A stretch of 64,000 nt of DNA from a virus, in IMG/VR virus record IMGVR_UViG_3300031774_000001; one strand, 5' to 3'. The notes under the pieces are model-generated. The model worked only from the letters and a program-made list of their open reading frames with translations. It searched no databases and was not told where the DNA came from. This document shows, piece after piece, positions 19,614 to 29,275 of the stretch; position 1 is the first letter of the stretch; the number at the start of each line of letters is the position of its first letter. The translations under genes and the position numbers were made by a program.

Positions 19614-20240
19614 ATGGCAACAATAAATTTAGGCAGAATTAAACCAGTATTCCAAGGTGCTTACAACGCCGCTACAGCTTACGTTGTAGATGACATTGTA
19701 ACTTTTGGTGGCGAGTCATTTATATGCATTTTAGCTTCAACTGGTAATGCTACTTCAAATGCAACTTACTGGTCAAAAATCGCTAAAAAAGGTGATGATG
19801 TAACCCAATTAACAACACACGGAGATATCCTTTTTAGGGATGCTTCTGGTGTTCAAAGATTACCTGCTGGTACAAGCGGAAACGTTTTACAAACAAAAGG
19901 TAATGCAGCTGACCCAACTTGGGCAAATGCAACTGGAATTAACTGGGAAACTAAAACTGCTAACTTTACTGCTGTATCTGGTGGTGCATATATTTGCAAT
20001 ACAGACGGCGGTGCTTTTACAATGACATTACCTGCAAGTCCAGCAGATAACGATTACGTTATGGTTGCTGACGCAATGGGTAAATTTGGATCTAAAAACC
20101 TTACAGTTGATAGAGCTGGTAATAACATAGCGGGAAGTGCTACTAATTTAACAGTAGATTCTAACTACGCAAATTTCAGACTAACATTTAAAACAACACC
20201 AGACGTGACTTCTTCATTTATTGGATGGTTGTTAACATAA
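19614..20240 (+). CDS. Short tail-fibre-like protein sharing terminal modules with 13436-18088
   Basis: LGRIK start, one CBM-like repeat, GDILFRD...RLPAG, LPASPAD C-terminal module. Confidence 0.65.
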   Translation: MATINLGRIKPVFQGAYNAATAYVVDDIVTFGGESFICILASTGNATSNATYWSKIAKKGDDVTQLTTHGDILFRDASGVQRLPAGTSGNVLQTKGNAADPTWANATGINWETKTANFTAVSGGAYICNTDGGAFTMTLPASPADNDYVMVADAMGKFGSKNLTVDRAGNNIAGSATNLTVDSNYANFRLTFKTTPDVTSSFIGWLLT

Positions 20241-20263
20241 TTTAAAATGAAAGTAATAAACAA

Positions 20264-20271
20264 TATAAATA
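20264..20271 (+). promoter_or_regulatory. T4-type late promoter TATAAATA
   Basis: Exact consensus upstream of SD GGGAG. Confidence 0.75.
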
Positions 20272-20302
20272 GTTTAATAAAAGATTTAAGGGAGAACATT
20301 TA

Positions 20303-21796
20303 ATGAGTAACTATTCAACACTTTTAGGTGGCGGATCAGCTGGGGCAATTGACCACAGAAAAGAATCATTGCCTCTATTTGGTTTTTGGGGAGATAACTC
20401 CGACCAGAACCATCATATGACTTATAGAGTTTTCGATTCTGGTTTCAAAGAAACTGGTTCACCTTGGGGTGCAATATCTAACTCTACTACTAACTACAGA
20501 TTTGGTATCACTGGTGACGCTTCGTTTTCATATTCACACAATGACCACGGAACTCACGTTTCTCACCACGATTTAACAACACAAGGTTATTCATCTTGGA
20601 CATATTGGAACAAAAGTATGTACCAATGTGACCAATACCCACACGCACAATGGTACACATCTTCAAGAGATGGAATGGTATCTTGGCATTCATTACACGA
20701 ATATACTTCAAGTTTTGAATATCAAAACGGATGGACAAAACTTAATATGGTTCTACCTGAAGGTATTAGACCTAGACGTATGTTCTTAAACAGAAGATAC
20801 ACAATGAGAGAAATGTATCCTGGTAATCACGCTTGTCCTAATATAGATTACTACGATTATTCTTCACACTTATTAAATACAGACCAATCATATGCGACTG
20901 GTACTGGATACAATGAGAAAACAAAAACTTTAGTTATGATTCACTCTGGTGACGAAGGTGGAAATACTTCAAAAACTATTCACATTTTCAAAGGTACGAA
21001 ATGTTTAAATAAAATAGACAGAATTAAAGAATTCTTTGACAATTTATCTTCAACTGAATACTTTACTGACACTTGGACTAACCAAAATAATAAAGATTGG
21101 TGCGTAGTTGTCGGTAATAACGATTTCGTTGGATTTGGATTAAAACAAGGTAACAGTAAGAGATACGGTGTATTTGATTGTTCAGTAAAAGGAACAGGTG
21201 TTGCTATAACAGGTGCAAGTAGACAATGGGATGCTTGGCAAACGTTCCAAGGATCAACAACAACGTCTTACGGCGCTTGGGAAGGTCACCAATACTACAC
21301 TAAATTTATGACTACTTGGGATGGTACTTGGGGAATGATTTATTCACCATATTACTACTACGGAGTTGGTATCAATGCATTCTGTATGAGTTTAGAGAAT
21401 CCTAAAAAATTCATAAGTATTAACCAAACTAAATCAAGTAGAGGAAATCCTTGGTTTGCTTGGGGTCGTACAGGTTTCCACGGAGGTTGGTCAGACAACA
21501 CCGACGGTACTTCTCATAGAACGTATGCGTGGTCTTTTGATCCAACGGATTCAGATGAAACTACGACAACTAGAGTTTACGACGGTAGCTCATCAGGAGA
21601 TGGAGTTATTCCAAACAACAATAACCTTGTTGGTGCAGACATAACTAATAAAACTGGAAATCACGGTTTAACAGCTGCAAGAACGTGGCTACACGGAGGT
21701 TTCTATTCAACTGCTTATCCATTGTTAATGCAAATTGACTGGTGGGGAAGTTATGGAAACAACGATTCTACTTACGGTGGTAAGTACGGTTCATAA
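20303..21796 (+). CDS. Trp/Tyr/His-rich hypothetical protein, probably virion-associated
   Basis: 497-aa ORF with late promoter and strong SD; no family recognised. Confidence 0.55.
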   Translation: MSNYSTLLGGGSAGAIDHRKESLPLFGFWGDNSDQNHHMTYRVFDSGFKETGSPWGAISNSTTNYRFGITGDASFSYSHNDHGTHVSHHDLTTQGYSSWTYWNKSMYQCDQYPHAQWYTSSRDGMVSWHSLHEYTSSFEYQNGWTKLNMVLPEGIRPRRMFLNRRYTMREMYPGNHACPNIDYYDYSSHLLNTDQSYATGTGYNEKTKTLVMIHSGDEGGNTSKTIHIFKGTKCLNKIDRIKEFFDNLSSTEYFTDTWTNQNNKDWCVVVGNNDFVGFGLKQGNSKRYGVFDCSVKGTGVAITGASRQWDAWQTFQGSTTTSYGAWEGHQYYTKFMTTWDGTWGMIYSPYYYYGVGINAFCMSLENPKKFISINQTKSSRGNPWFAWGRTGFHGGWSDNTDGTSHRTYAWSFDPTDSDETTTTRVYDGSSSGDGVIPNNNNLVGADITNKTGNHGLTAARTWLHGGFYSTAYPLLMQIDWWGSYGNNDSTYGGKYGS

Positions 21797-21827
21797 TAAA
21801 ATATATAATTAAGGAGAATTAAAAAAA

Positions 21828-22142
21828 ATGGCAACATATTACTTTAATGTACACGACGGATCAGCTTTTACAGATAAAGCAACCGCTGGCGATGAAGCAG
21901 TATCAGCAGGAAGAGCAGTCAAAAGAGATGATGTTCCTGATGGTGTTGAACCTTGGAGATTATCTTGGAACGGTTCAGCAGTAGTTTGCTTTGCAGAAGG
22001 CAAAACAGAAGCTGAAGCAATAGCACAGAAACAACAAGACTCAGATGACGAAGCTACTGCTAATAAAGCAAAACAAGATGAATTGGTTAAAGCTGAAGTT
22101 GTTAAAACTAAAGCTCTTAAAGACGAAGGTCTTGAAGTTTAA
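21828..22142 (+). CDS. Hypothetical protein (possible fibre chaperone)
   Basis: SD AAGGAG; follows 20303-21796. Confidence 0.5.
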   Translation: MATYYFNVHDGSAFTDKATAGDEAVSAGRAVKRDDVPDGVEPWRLSWNGSAVVCFAEGKTEAEAIAQKQQDSDDEATANKAKQDELVKAEVVKTKALKDEGLEV

Positions 22143-22191
22143 TTAATTCTCCAGAAGATAGTAATATCTTCTTACATCACCTGGTTATATT

Positions 22192-22854
22192 ATGTACGAT
22201 ATCAAAGAATTAACAGCAGAAATTCATCAAAACGCAGAAAGACAAGAGTTTGTCAAGACTCTTATGTCTGGTTCTATTGAACCTAATCTTTACGCCACAT
22301 ATCTTTACAACCAATTACAATGCTATTCTGTATTAGAAAAATATGGAATGGAGAATTCTCTATTTCGTACAACTCCTAATCTACCTAGAGGAGAACATAT
22401 ACATTATGATTACAAAGCATTATGGACAGGTGAAGGTGAGCCAACTATAACTCAAAGTACAAAAGATTATGTTGCTCATATTGAAACAATCAAAGAAGAC
22501 GCAGAAAAATTATACGCTCATATCTATACTAGACATTTAGGAGATGTATCTGGTGGTCAAATGATAATGAAAAGAACGCCAGGACCTAATCGTTATTACA
22601 AATTTAAGCATAAAGAAATAAAAGAATATAAACGAATAGTAAAAGAAACAATAAACAGTTATTTAAATGTTTATAAACTTAATATTTTAAATGAGTGTAA
22701 ATTTTGTTTTGCAAGTGCTACAGCATTGTTTAAAGAAATGAACGAAATGGATACTTCTAAACCTTTAATATTAACCAATGAAGTATTTGACGAAAATAAT
22801 AAAGATACAGAAAATGATCCTTTCAAAGGAACAAGTATTGAAGGAAGAGATTAA
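22192..22854 (+). CDS. hemO: Heme oxygenase
   Basis: KELTAEIHQNAE (proximal His), AHIYTRHLGDVSGGQ distal helix signature. Confidence 0.92.
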   Translation: MYDIKELTAEIHQNAERQEFVKTLMSGSIEPNLYATYLYNQLQCYSVLEKYGMENSLFRTTPNLPRGEHIHYDYKALWTGEGEPTITQSTKDYVAHIETIKEDAEKLYAHIYTRHLGDVSGGQMIMKRTPGPNRYYKFKHKEIKEYKRIVKETINSYLNVYKLNILNECKFCFASATALFKEMNEMDTSKPLILTNEVFDENNKDTENDPFKGTSIEGRD

Positions 22855-23531
22855 TGATTTGGGAAAGATTAATCAAACTTGAAAAAGACATAATTGCTAT
22901 ACTTGATAAACGTTGTAAAGAATATAACGAAGAAGGTATGGATAGATTTAATAATGATAATTGGACCAACCGAACTTGGTCTAATATGAGTGTAAGACGT
23001 GCTCACGTAGACGTAGTGGATGCTAGAGAAACAAAAGGTCTTTGGATGGCACACATATGTTTATTTCCAAATTTAACAAATGGTGGTCCAATTTATGGAT
23101 TTGATGTTATTGCAGGAAAGAAAAAGGTGACAGGTTGTTTTCACGATTTTAGTCCACTATTATTAAAAGAACACCCATTAACAAAGTATTTTATAGAAGA
23201 AACCAAATGGTATAAACCATCTAAAAAAAGAGAATTGCCAGATTGGGCATTAGAAATTTTTAGTCCAGGTATGATTGCCGCTGGTAATATATCAGATGAA
23301 AGAGAATTAAATCAAATTTGTACTCTTGCTACGTCTAATTTAGAAAATTATCTTGACAAAATTGGTCATTATAATAGCGATTCAAAAAAAGAAGATGTTA
23401 TAAGAGCTCAAAACTTCTATTGCGAGCACCAACAACAAAATCCACACACCCCTAGAGTAATGCGATCCCTTGGATTGCCTGAAGATGATATAAGAGTATT
23501 CTGTACTGATAATTTGTTTCCGAAGATATAA
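22854..23531 (+). CDS. pcyX: Ferredoxin-dependent bilin reductase, PcyX/PcyA-like
   Basis: RRAHVD, MAHICLFP (His67), PIYGFDVI (Asp84), HDFSP, RELPDW, IFS, QQQNPHT. Asp53 at the PcyA Glu76 position. Coupled to hemO. Confidence 0.85.
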   Translation: MIWERLIKLEKDIIAILDKRCKEYNEEGMDRFNNDNWTNRTWSNMSVRRAHVDVVDARETKGLWMAHICLFPNLTNGGPIYGFDVIAGKKKVTGCFHDFSPLLLKEHPLTKYFIEETKWYKPSKKRELPDWALEIFSPGMIAAGNISDERELNQICTLATSNLENYLDKIGHYNSDSKKEDVIRAQNFYCEHQQQNPHTPRVMRSLGLPEDDIRVFCTDNLFPKI

Positions 23532-23538
23532 TTGTTAT

Positions 23539-23546
23539 TATAAATA
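23539..23546 (+). promoter_or_regulatory. T4-type late promoter TATAAATA
   Basis: Exact consensus before gp13. Confidence 0.75.
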
Positions 23547-23564
23547 TACAATAAAGGGATTTAT

Positions 23565-24389
23565 ATGGCAAAACCAGCAACCAGAGAACAGTTAAAACAG
23601 TACGCTTTAAGAGCTTTAGGAAAACCAGTAATAGAAATTAACGTAGATGACGACCAGTTAGAAGATAGACTGGACGAAGCATTACAATATTTTGCTCAAT
23701 ATCACTATGAAGGTGTTAAAAGAACCTACCTAAAATACAAGTATACTCAAGCAGATAAAGATAGAATTACAGGTACAGGTACAACTGAAGTTGCTACTAA
23801 AACTTATGGTGATTCAACTACTGTATCAAGTGAGTGGGTAGAAGGTAATCAGTATATCATTGTTCCTGAATCAGTTATATCAGTAGTTAATATTTTTCCA
23901 TTTTCAAACAAAGGTAATTTAAATTTATTTGATGTTAGATATCAATTAAGATTAAATGACTTATATGATTTTTCTTCAACGTCTGTTATTAATTATGATG
24001 TTGTATTAAGACATTTAGATTTTTTAGACCACGTATTAGTTGGTGAAAAACCAATGAGATTTAATCAACACGATAATAGATTGTATATAGATATGGATTG
24101 GAAAAATGATTTACAAGTTGATGAATTTCTTGTAATAGAGTGTTTTAGACAATTAGATCCAGAACAATTTACAGATGTCTATGATGATTTATTTTTAAAG
24201 AAATATGTTGTTGCTTTATTTAAAAAACAATGGGGCGCTAATTTAGCAAAATTTGGTGGTGTTCAAATGATAGGTGGGGTTACTTTAAACGGACAAGAAA
24301 TTTATTCACAAGCATTAGCAGATATAGAAACTTTAGAACAAAAAATCAGGTCACAATACGAATTAAATCCAACCTTTATGATAGGATAA
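23565..24389 (+). CDS. gp13: Neck protein gp13
   Basis: LRALGKPVIEINVDDDQ, KKQWGANL, GGVTLNG; synteny. Confidence 0.92.
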   Translation: MAKPATREQLKQYALRALGKPVIEINVDDDQLEDRLDEALQYFAQYHYEGVKRTYLKYKYTQADKDRITGTGTTEVATKTYGDSTTVSSEWVEGNQYIIVPESVISVVNIFPFSNKGNLNLFDVRYQLRLNDLYDFSSTSVINYDVVLRHLDFLDHVLVGEKPMRFNQHDNRLYIDMDWKNDLQVDEFLVIECFRQLDPEQFTDVYDDLFLKKYVVALFKKQWGANLAKFGGVQMIGGVTLNGQEIYSQALADIETLEQKIRSQYELNPTFMIG

Positions 24390-24393
24390 TGCT

Positions 24394-25212
24394 ATGCCAG
24401 TTAATCATTACTTTCAAGGTGGACGAGGCATAGGCAATGCTGCCGAAAAAAGACTACACGAAGATATAATTGTTGAAGGTCTTAAAATTTACGGTCAGGA
24501 TGTCTTTTACTTACCACGAACATTAGTCAATAAAGATTTAATACTAGGAGAAGATGTAACTAGTAAGTTTGACGATTCATTTTCAATAGAAATGTATTTT
24601 GAAAACAATACAGGTTTTGCAGGTGAGCAAGAAATCATAAGTAAATTTGGATTAGAAATTAGGGACGACACAACACTTGTTGTTGCAAAAAGAAGTTTCA
24701 ATAATTTAGTTGCAAATAAAGCAAACTTAATTGCTTCAGGAAGACCAAATGAAGGTGATGTAATTTATGTTCCTTTAATGGGTTCTTTCTTTGAAATTTT
24801 ATTTGTAGAAGACCAGGAACCTTTCTATCAATTAGGAAACTTACCAGTTTATAAATTAAAAGTAACTCGTTGGGAATATTCAAGTGAAAAACTTGATACA
24901 GGTTTAGAAGTTATTGACCAACACGAAGACGCAGCTACTTTAGACCAATTACAGTATAGAGTAAAATTAGAATACGGTCAAGAGGCTATGACAGGTGCAG
25001 GATCATTAACGTTAGAAGACTACTTTGACCATTCAACAGGTCAACCATCTTTCTTAATGAAAGAAGATTATACTGCTTCTAATATACAAACACAATCTCC
25101 ATATGCAGATAACCTAGACTTGAATAAAGAGGCAGGATATGATACAGTAGGAACAGCAGATGATATATTAGACTTTACTGAAAGAAATCCGTTTGGGGAG
25201 ATTGATGAGTAA
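24394..25212 (+). CDS. gp14: Neck protein gp14
   Basis: YGQDVFYLPR, SKFGLEIRD, RPNEGDVIY, PFYQLG. Confidence 0.92.
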   Translation: MPVNHYFQGGRGIGNAAEKRLHEDIIVEGLKIYGQDVFYLPRTLVNKDLILGEDVTSKFDDSFSIEMYFENNTGFAGEQEIISKFGLEIRDDTTLVVAKRSFNNLVANKANLIASGRPNEGDVIYVPLMGSFFEILFVEDQEPFYQLGNLPVYKLKVTRWEYSSEKLDTGLEVIDQHEDAATLDQLQYRVKLEYGQEAMTGAGSLTLEDYFDHSTGQPSFLMKEDYTASNIQTQSPYADNLDLNKEAGYDTVGTADDILDFTERNPFGEIDE

Positions 25213-25385
25213 TGGAAAACACTAGAGATAGACATAAACAATTAACTGAACATACTAATAAAGTTAATAGAGAAAAAAAAACTTTAGAATTAACTAAAGT
25301 TTTAAGAACAGAAGTTGAAATAGGTGCAACAGGCACACAAAGATATAGAATTAAAAAAGGACCTAATAAAGGTAAAATATTATAA
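25212..25385 (+). CDS. 57-aa basic hypothetical protein (not in ORF track)
   Basis: MENTRDRHKQ...KGPNKGKIL; TAATG overlap with gp14 and with gp15. Confidence 0.6.
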   Translation: MENTRDRHKQLTEHTNKVNREKKTLELTKVLRTEVEIGATGTQRYRIKKGPNKGKIL

Positions 25386-26188
25386 TGTTCGGAACACATT
25401 TTTATAATCAAAGTTTAAGAAGACTAACTATTGCTTTTGGTCAAATTTTCAATAACGTTATAGTACAGACGAAATCAAGCACAGGCGCTGTTACTAAAAG
25501 AATGCGTGTACCTTTGGCATATGCACCTAAAGAAAAGTTTATACAAAGATTAGAACAACAAGCAAATTTAGACAAAGGTAGAACTTTTGCAATTGTTTTA
25601 CCTAGAATGGGATTTGAATTAAAAGGATTAAAATATGATCCTAATAGAAAGTTAAATAAATTACAAAAAACTGTTAGAGTTAAATCTTCTGATTCTACTA
25701 TACATAATTTTAATTATTCACCAGTACCATATGATATACAATTTTCTTTATATTCTTTTACTGCTACAGCAGAAAATGGACTACAAATAATTGAACAAAT
25801 ATTACCTTATTTTCAACCAGACTATACAGTTACTATTAATGCAATACCAGAATTAAATATTAAACGTGATGTTCCTATTGTTTTAGATGAAGTAATATAT
25901 GAAGATACATATGATGGTGATTTTAATAAGCGAAGAGCTGTTATATATACTTTAAACTTTACTGCTAAAACTTACTTATATGGACCTATGGCACAAGGTA
26001 AAGTTATTAGAAAATCACAAGCAGATTTAGGAACATCTACGGATGCTCCTTTATCAAGAGAAGAAAGAATTATAACGATACCAAATCCTGAAAGTGCTAA
26101 TGCAGATGATGATTTTGGATTTACAACAAAGATTAGTTTCTATGATGATACAAAGAAATATAATCCAGTAACAGGAGAAGATGAATAA
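25385..26188 (+). CDS. gp15: Tail sheath stabiliser/terminator gp15
   Basis: VPLAYAPKEK, LPRMGFE, QIIEQILPYFQP. Confidence 0.92.
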   Translation: MFGTHFYNQSLRRLTIAFGQIFNNVIVQTKSSTGAVTKRMRVPLAYAPKEKFIQRLEQQANLDKGRTFAIVLPRMGFELKGLKYDPNRKLNKLQKTVRVKSSDSTIHNFNYSPVPYDIQFSLYSFTATAENGLQIIEQILPYFQPDYTVTINAIPELNIKRDVPIVLDEVIYEDTYDGDFNKRRAVIYTLNFTAKTYLYGPMAQGKVIRKSQADLGTSTDAPLSREERIITIPNPESANADDDFGFTTKISFYDDTKKYNPVTGEDE

Positions 26189-26694
26189 TGAGTAAATTGG
26201 AAGAAAGTGTTAATGAAATATTAGGTTTGGAAGGTAAAAATAAAGTTACTGATACTCCTTTAGAACCACCTAAAGAATTTAAAGCTCCAGTACAAAGAAA
26301 AAATGGTGAAGTTGCAATAAAAATAGATAAAGATATTAATACAGATTATGATTATAGTAGAGAGAATTATTATAATCTTATAGAAAAAGGTCAAGAGGCA
26401 ATACAAGGTATTTTAGATATTGCAAAAGAAGGTCAACACCCTAGAGCATATGAAGTTGTTGGTCAACTAATAGGACAAGTTGCTACGTCTGTTGATAAAT
26501 TACAAGACCTACAAAAGAAATTAAAAGATTTAAAAGAACTACCTGGTAAAACAAATGCTAATATTAAAAATGCTTTATTTGTAGGTTCAACAGCAGAATT
26601 ACAAAAGATGTTGAATAAACAAAGTATGGAAACTAAAAAAGAAAAGAGAATTGAAAATGAAATTATTGACGGCAAATCAGAAAGTAAAGAATAA
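26188..26694 (+). CDS. gp16: Terminase small subunit gp16
   Basis: DYDYSR, HPRAYEV, NALFVGSTAEL. Confidence 0.9.
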   Translation: MSKLEESVNEILGLEGKNKVTDTPLEPPKEFKAPVQRKNGEVAIKIDKDINTDYDYSRENYYNLIEKGQEAIQGILDIAKEGQHPRAYEVVGQLIGQVATSVDKLQDLQKKLKDLKELPGKTNANIKNALFVGSTAELQKMLNKQSMETKKEKRIENEIIDGKSESKE

Positions 26695-26950
26695 AAAACC
26701 TATCGCAATAAAAGACTTAAAATATATTAAGTCAATGGCACCATTAAAAGAATTATTAGATGGTGAATCATTAAATTATCCAATAGAAGTAAAAGAGCAC
26801 ATTGTATCAGAAGTACCTAGATACGGTGTAATGGGCATACCCTATATAGAAAAAGAATATAGTGTGTGGAGAGGCAGTCAGCGAGTGCAGGCAGCTATTA
26901 AATTAGGTTATACACATATTGAAGGAGTGATAATAAATGAAAGAACATAA
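26651..26950 (+). CDS. Small ParB/Srx-like domain protein
   Basis: VWRGSQRVQAAIKLGYTHIEG resembles the ParB-N GxxR...A...LG motif. Confidence 0.45.
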   Translation: MKMKLLTANQKVKNKKPIAIKDLKYIKSMAPLKELLDGESLNYPIEVKEHIVSEVPRYGVMGIPYIEKEYSVWRGSQRVQAAIKLGYTHIEGVIINERT

Positions 26951-27509
26951 ATTTCCATTAGAAAGTTTTATCGGTGGTTGGTATATGGATGAAAAAATTT
27001 GTGATGGTATCGTAGATTTATTCAAAGAAAATCCACAAGAACAAAGACCAGGTGTTATAGGTGGACCTTTTAGTGTTAATAAGAAACATAAAGATTCAAT
27101 AGATATTGGAGTTGATCCACATTGGAAAGAACCAAGATATTGGGCATATAAACAAGCATTAAAAGAGTGTTGTTCTTTATATGAAGAGAAATATCCTGAA
27201 CTTGCTCATTTTAAACCTTGGGGTTTAGTTGAAGGAGTTAATATACAATATTATCCACCAGCAGGAGGTTATTTTGCTCCTCATTTTGAAAGAGGAAGTA
27301 TCCACGAAAATCGTAATTTAGTTTTTATGACTTATTTAAATGATGTGCCTGAAGGTGGTACACATTTTAAATATCAAAAATTAACAACACCAGCTAAAAA
27401 AGGACTAACTTTAATTTGGCCTACTGACTTTACGCATACACATAGCGGTCAAATAACGAAAGAACACGAAAAATATATCATAACTGGTTGGTTCGGTTTT
27501 TTAAAGTAA
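26937..27509 (+). CDS. 2OG-Fe(II) oxygenase (prolyl-4-hydroxylase-like)
   Basis: IQYYPP-x-GGY-x-x-HFE, MTYLNDV-x-EGGT, THTHSG, KYIITGW. Confidence 0.88.
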   Translation: MKEHKFPLESFIGGWYMDEKICDGIVDLFKENPQEQRPGVIGGPFSVNKKHKDSIDIGVDPHWKEPRYWAYKQALKECCSLYEEKYPELAHFKPWGLVEGVNIQYYPPAGGYFAPHFERGSIHENRNLVFMTYLNDVPEGGTHFKYQKLTTPAKKGLTLIWPTDFTHTHSGQITKEHEKYIITGWFGFLK

Positions 27510-27527
27510 AATAAGATAAATAGTATT

Positions 27528-29162
27528 ATGAGTGTAACAGACGCATATTTAGGAAATCCTAATCTTAAAAAAGTAAATACACCAGTTGAATTTACTAAAG
27601 AACAGATTGTAGAATTTCAAAAATGTAAAGCAGACCCAATATATTTTATGGAGCAACATATGAAAATTGTTTCCCTAGATGAAGGTCTTATACCTTTTAG
27701 TATGTATGGTTTTCAAAAAAAGATTGTTCATACAATTGACAAAAACAGATTTACTATTTGCAAACTACCTAGACAGTCAGGTAAATCAACAACAACAATT
27801 GCATACTTATTACACTATGCAATATTTAATCCAAATTCAAACATAGCAATACTTGCCAATAAATCTTCTACTGCTAGAGATATATTAGGTAGATTACAAC
27901 TTGCTTATGAAAACTTACCAAAGTATATACAACAAGGTGTTATCAATTGGAACAAAGGTAATATAGAATTAGAAAATAAATCTACTATTATTGCAGCCGC
28001 TACATCTTCAAGTGCAATACGAGGAGGTTCTTATAATATAATATTTCTTGACGAGTTTGCTTTCGTACCTGCTAATATAGCAGAAATGTTTTTTAGCTCA
28101 GTTTATCCTACGATTACATCAGGTAAAACTACAAAAGTTATTATAGTTTCTACTCCCCACGGAATGAATCAATTTTATAAATTATGGACAGACGCTGAAA
28201 ACAAAAGAAATGATTATGTACCTATTGAAGTACATTGGTCAGAAGTACCAGGTAGAGATGAAAAGTGGAAAGAAACAACTATACGTAATACATCACAGGA
28301 ACAATTCCAACAAGAGTTTGAGTGTGAATTTTTAGGTTCAGTAGATACTTTAATTTCACCAGTAAAAATTAAAAATACACCTTATATGACAGCATTAACT
28401 TCAAGTGGTGGTTTAGATGTATTTGAAAAAGTTGTAAATGGTAGAAATTATGTTTGTTGTGTTGATGTAGCAAGAGGTGTAGATAAAGATTATTCAGCAT
28501 TTTTAATATTTGATGTATCTAAAATGCCTTATAGAGTTGTTGCCAAATATAGAAGTAATGAAGTTAAACCGATTTTATTTCCACACTTAATAGCTAAAGC
28601 TTGCAAGGCATATAACAAGGCAGATATTCTTTGTGAAACAAATGATATAGGTCAACAAATAGGTGAATCATTAAACTATGAATTAGAATATCCTAATATA
28701 TTAATGACTACTCAAAGAGGAAGAGCAGGTCAGATATTAGGCGCTGGTTATAGTGGAAGAGGTTCTGGTTTCGGTGTTCGTATGACAAAACAGATTAAAA
28801 AAATTGGTTGTTCTAACATCAAAACATTAATTGAAGGCGATAAAGTTATTATTAATGACTTCAATATCATAGAAGAAATGTCAACTTATGCTCGTAGAGG
28901 AAATTCTTGGCAAGCGGAAGAAGGTTGTAATGATGATTTAATGACTTGCCTTGTATTATTTGGCTGGTTATCTAATCAACCTTATTTCAAAGAAATGACT
29001 AATACTAACGCCAGACAACAACTATATGAAGAACAAGAGAAATTAATAGAGCAAGATATGGCACCTTTTGGTTTTGTAGATGATGGTATACCTGATTGGG
29101 AAAAACCAGAAGTAGACGAATATGGAACAGTCTGGCATCCAGTTGTTAGAAAAGGGCTCTAA
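27528..29162 (+). CDS. gp17: Terminase large subunit gp17
   Basis: PRQSGKST Walker A, IFLDEFAF Walker B, VSTPHG, VDVARG, DDLM nuclease motifs. Confidence 0.97.
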   Translation: MSVTDAYLGNPNLKKVNTPVEFTKEQIVEFQKCKADPIYFMEQHMKIVSLDEGLIPFSMYGFQKKIVHTIDKNRFTICKLPRQSGKSTTTIAYLLHYAIFNPNSNIAILANKSSTARDILGRLQLAYENLPKYIQQGVINWNKGNIELENKSTIIAAATSSSAIRGGSYNIIFLDEFAFVPANIAEMFFSSVYPTITSGKTTKVIIVSTPHGMNQFYKLWTDAENKRNDYVPIEVHWSEVPGRDEKWKETTIRNTSQEQFQQEFECEFLGSVDTLISPVKIKNTPYMTALTSSGGLDVFEKVVNGRNYVCCVDVARGVDKDYSAFLIFDVSKMPYRVVAKYRSNEVKPILFPHLIAKACKAYNKADILCETNDIGQQIGESLNYELEYPNILMTTQRGRAGQILGAGYSGRGSGFGVRMTKQIKKIGCSNIKTLIEGDKVIINDFNIIEEMSTYARRGNSWQAEEGCNDDLMTCLVLFGWLSNQPYFKEMTNTNARQQLYEEQEKLIEQDMAPFGFVDDGIPDWEKPEVDEYGTVWHPVVRKGL

Positions 29163-29173
29163 ATCAAGCTTTA

Positions 29174-29267
29174 TATAAATATCCATAGTTATGAATTTTG
29201 ATTATGGTCGTATGAAAACATACGGAATATGCGAAAATAGAGAAGTTAATTAGCTAATTATAAGGAG
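29174..29267 (+). promoter_or_regulatory. Late promoter (29174-29181) and structured gp18 leader
   Basis: TATAAATA; hairpins CCATAGTT/GATTATGG and CGTATG-AAAA-CATACG; palindrome 29247-29260; SD AAGGAG. Confidence 0.65.
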
Positions 29268-29275
29268 AAAACCTA

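Noticed and set aside
22854-23531. Cyanophage pebS/pcyA, implying a cyanobacterial host
   Set aside because: The residue pattern fits PcyX, there are no psbA/hli/cpeT genes in the window, the ferredoxin is ISC-type rather than plant-type, and bS21 is present.
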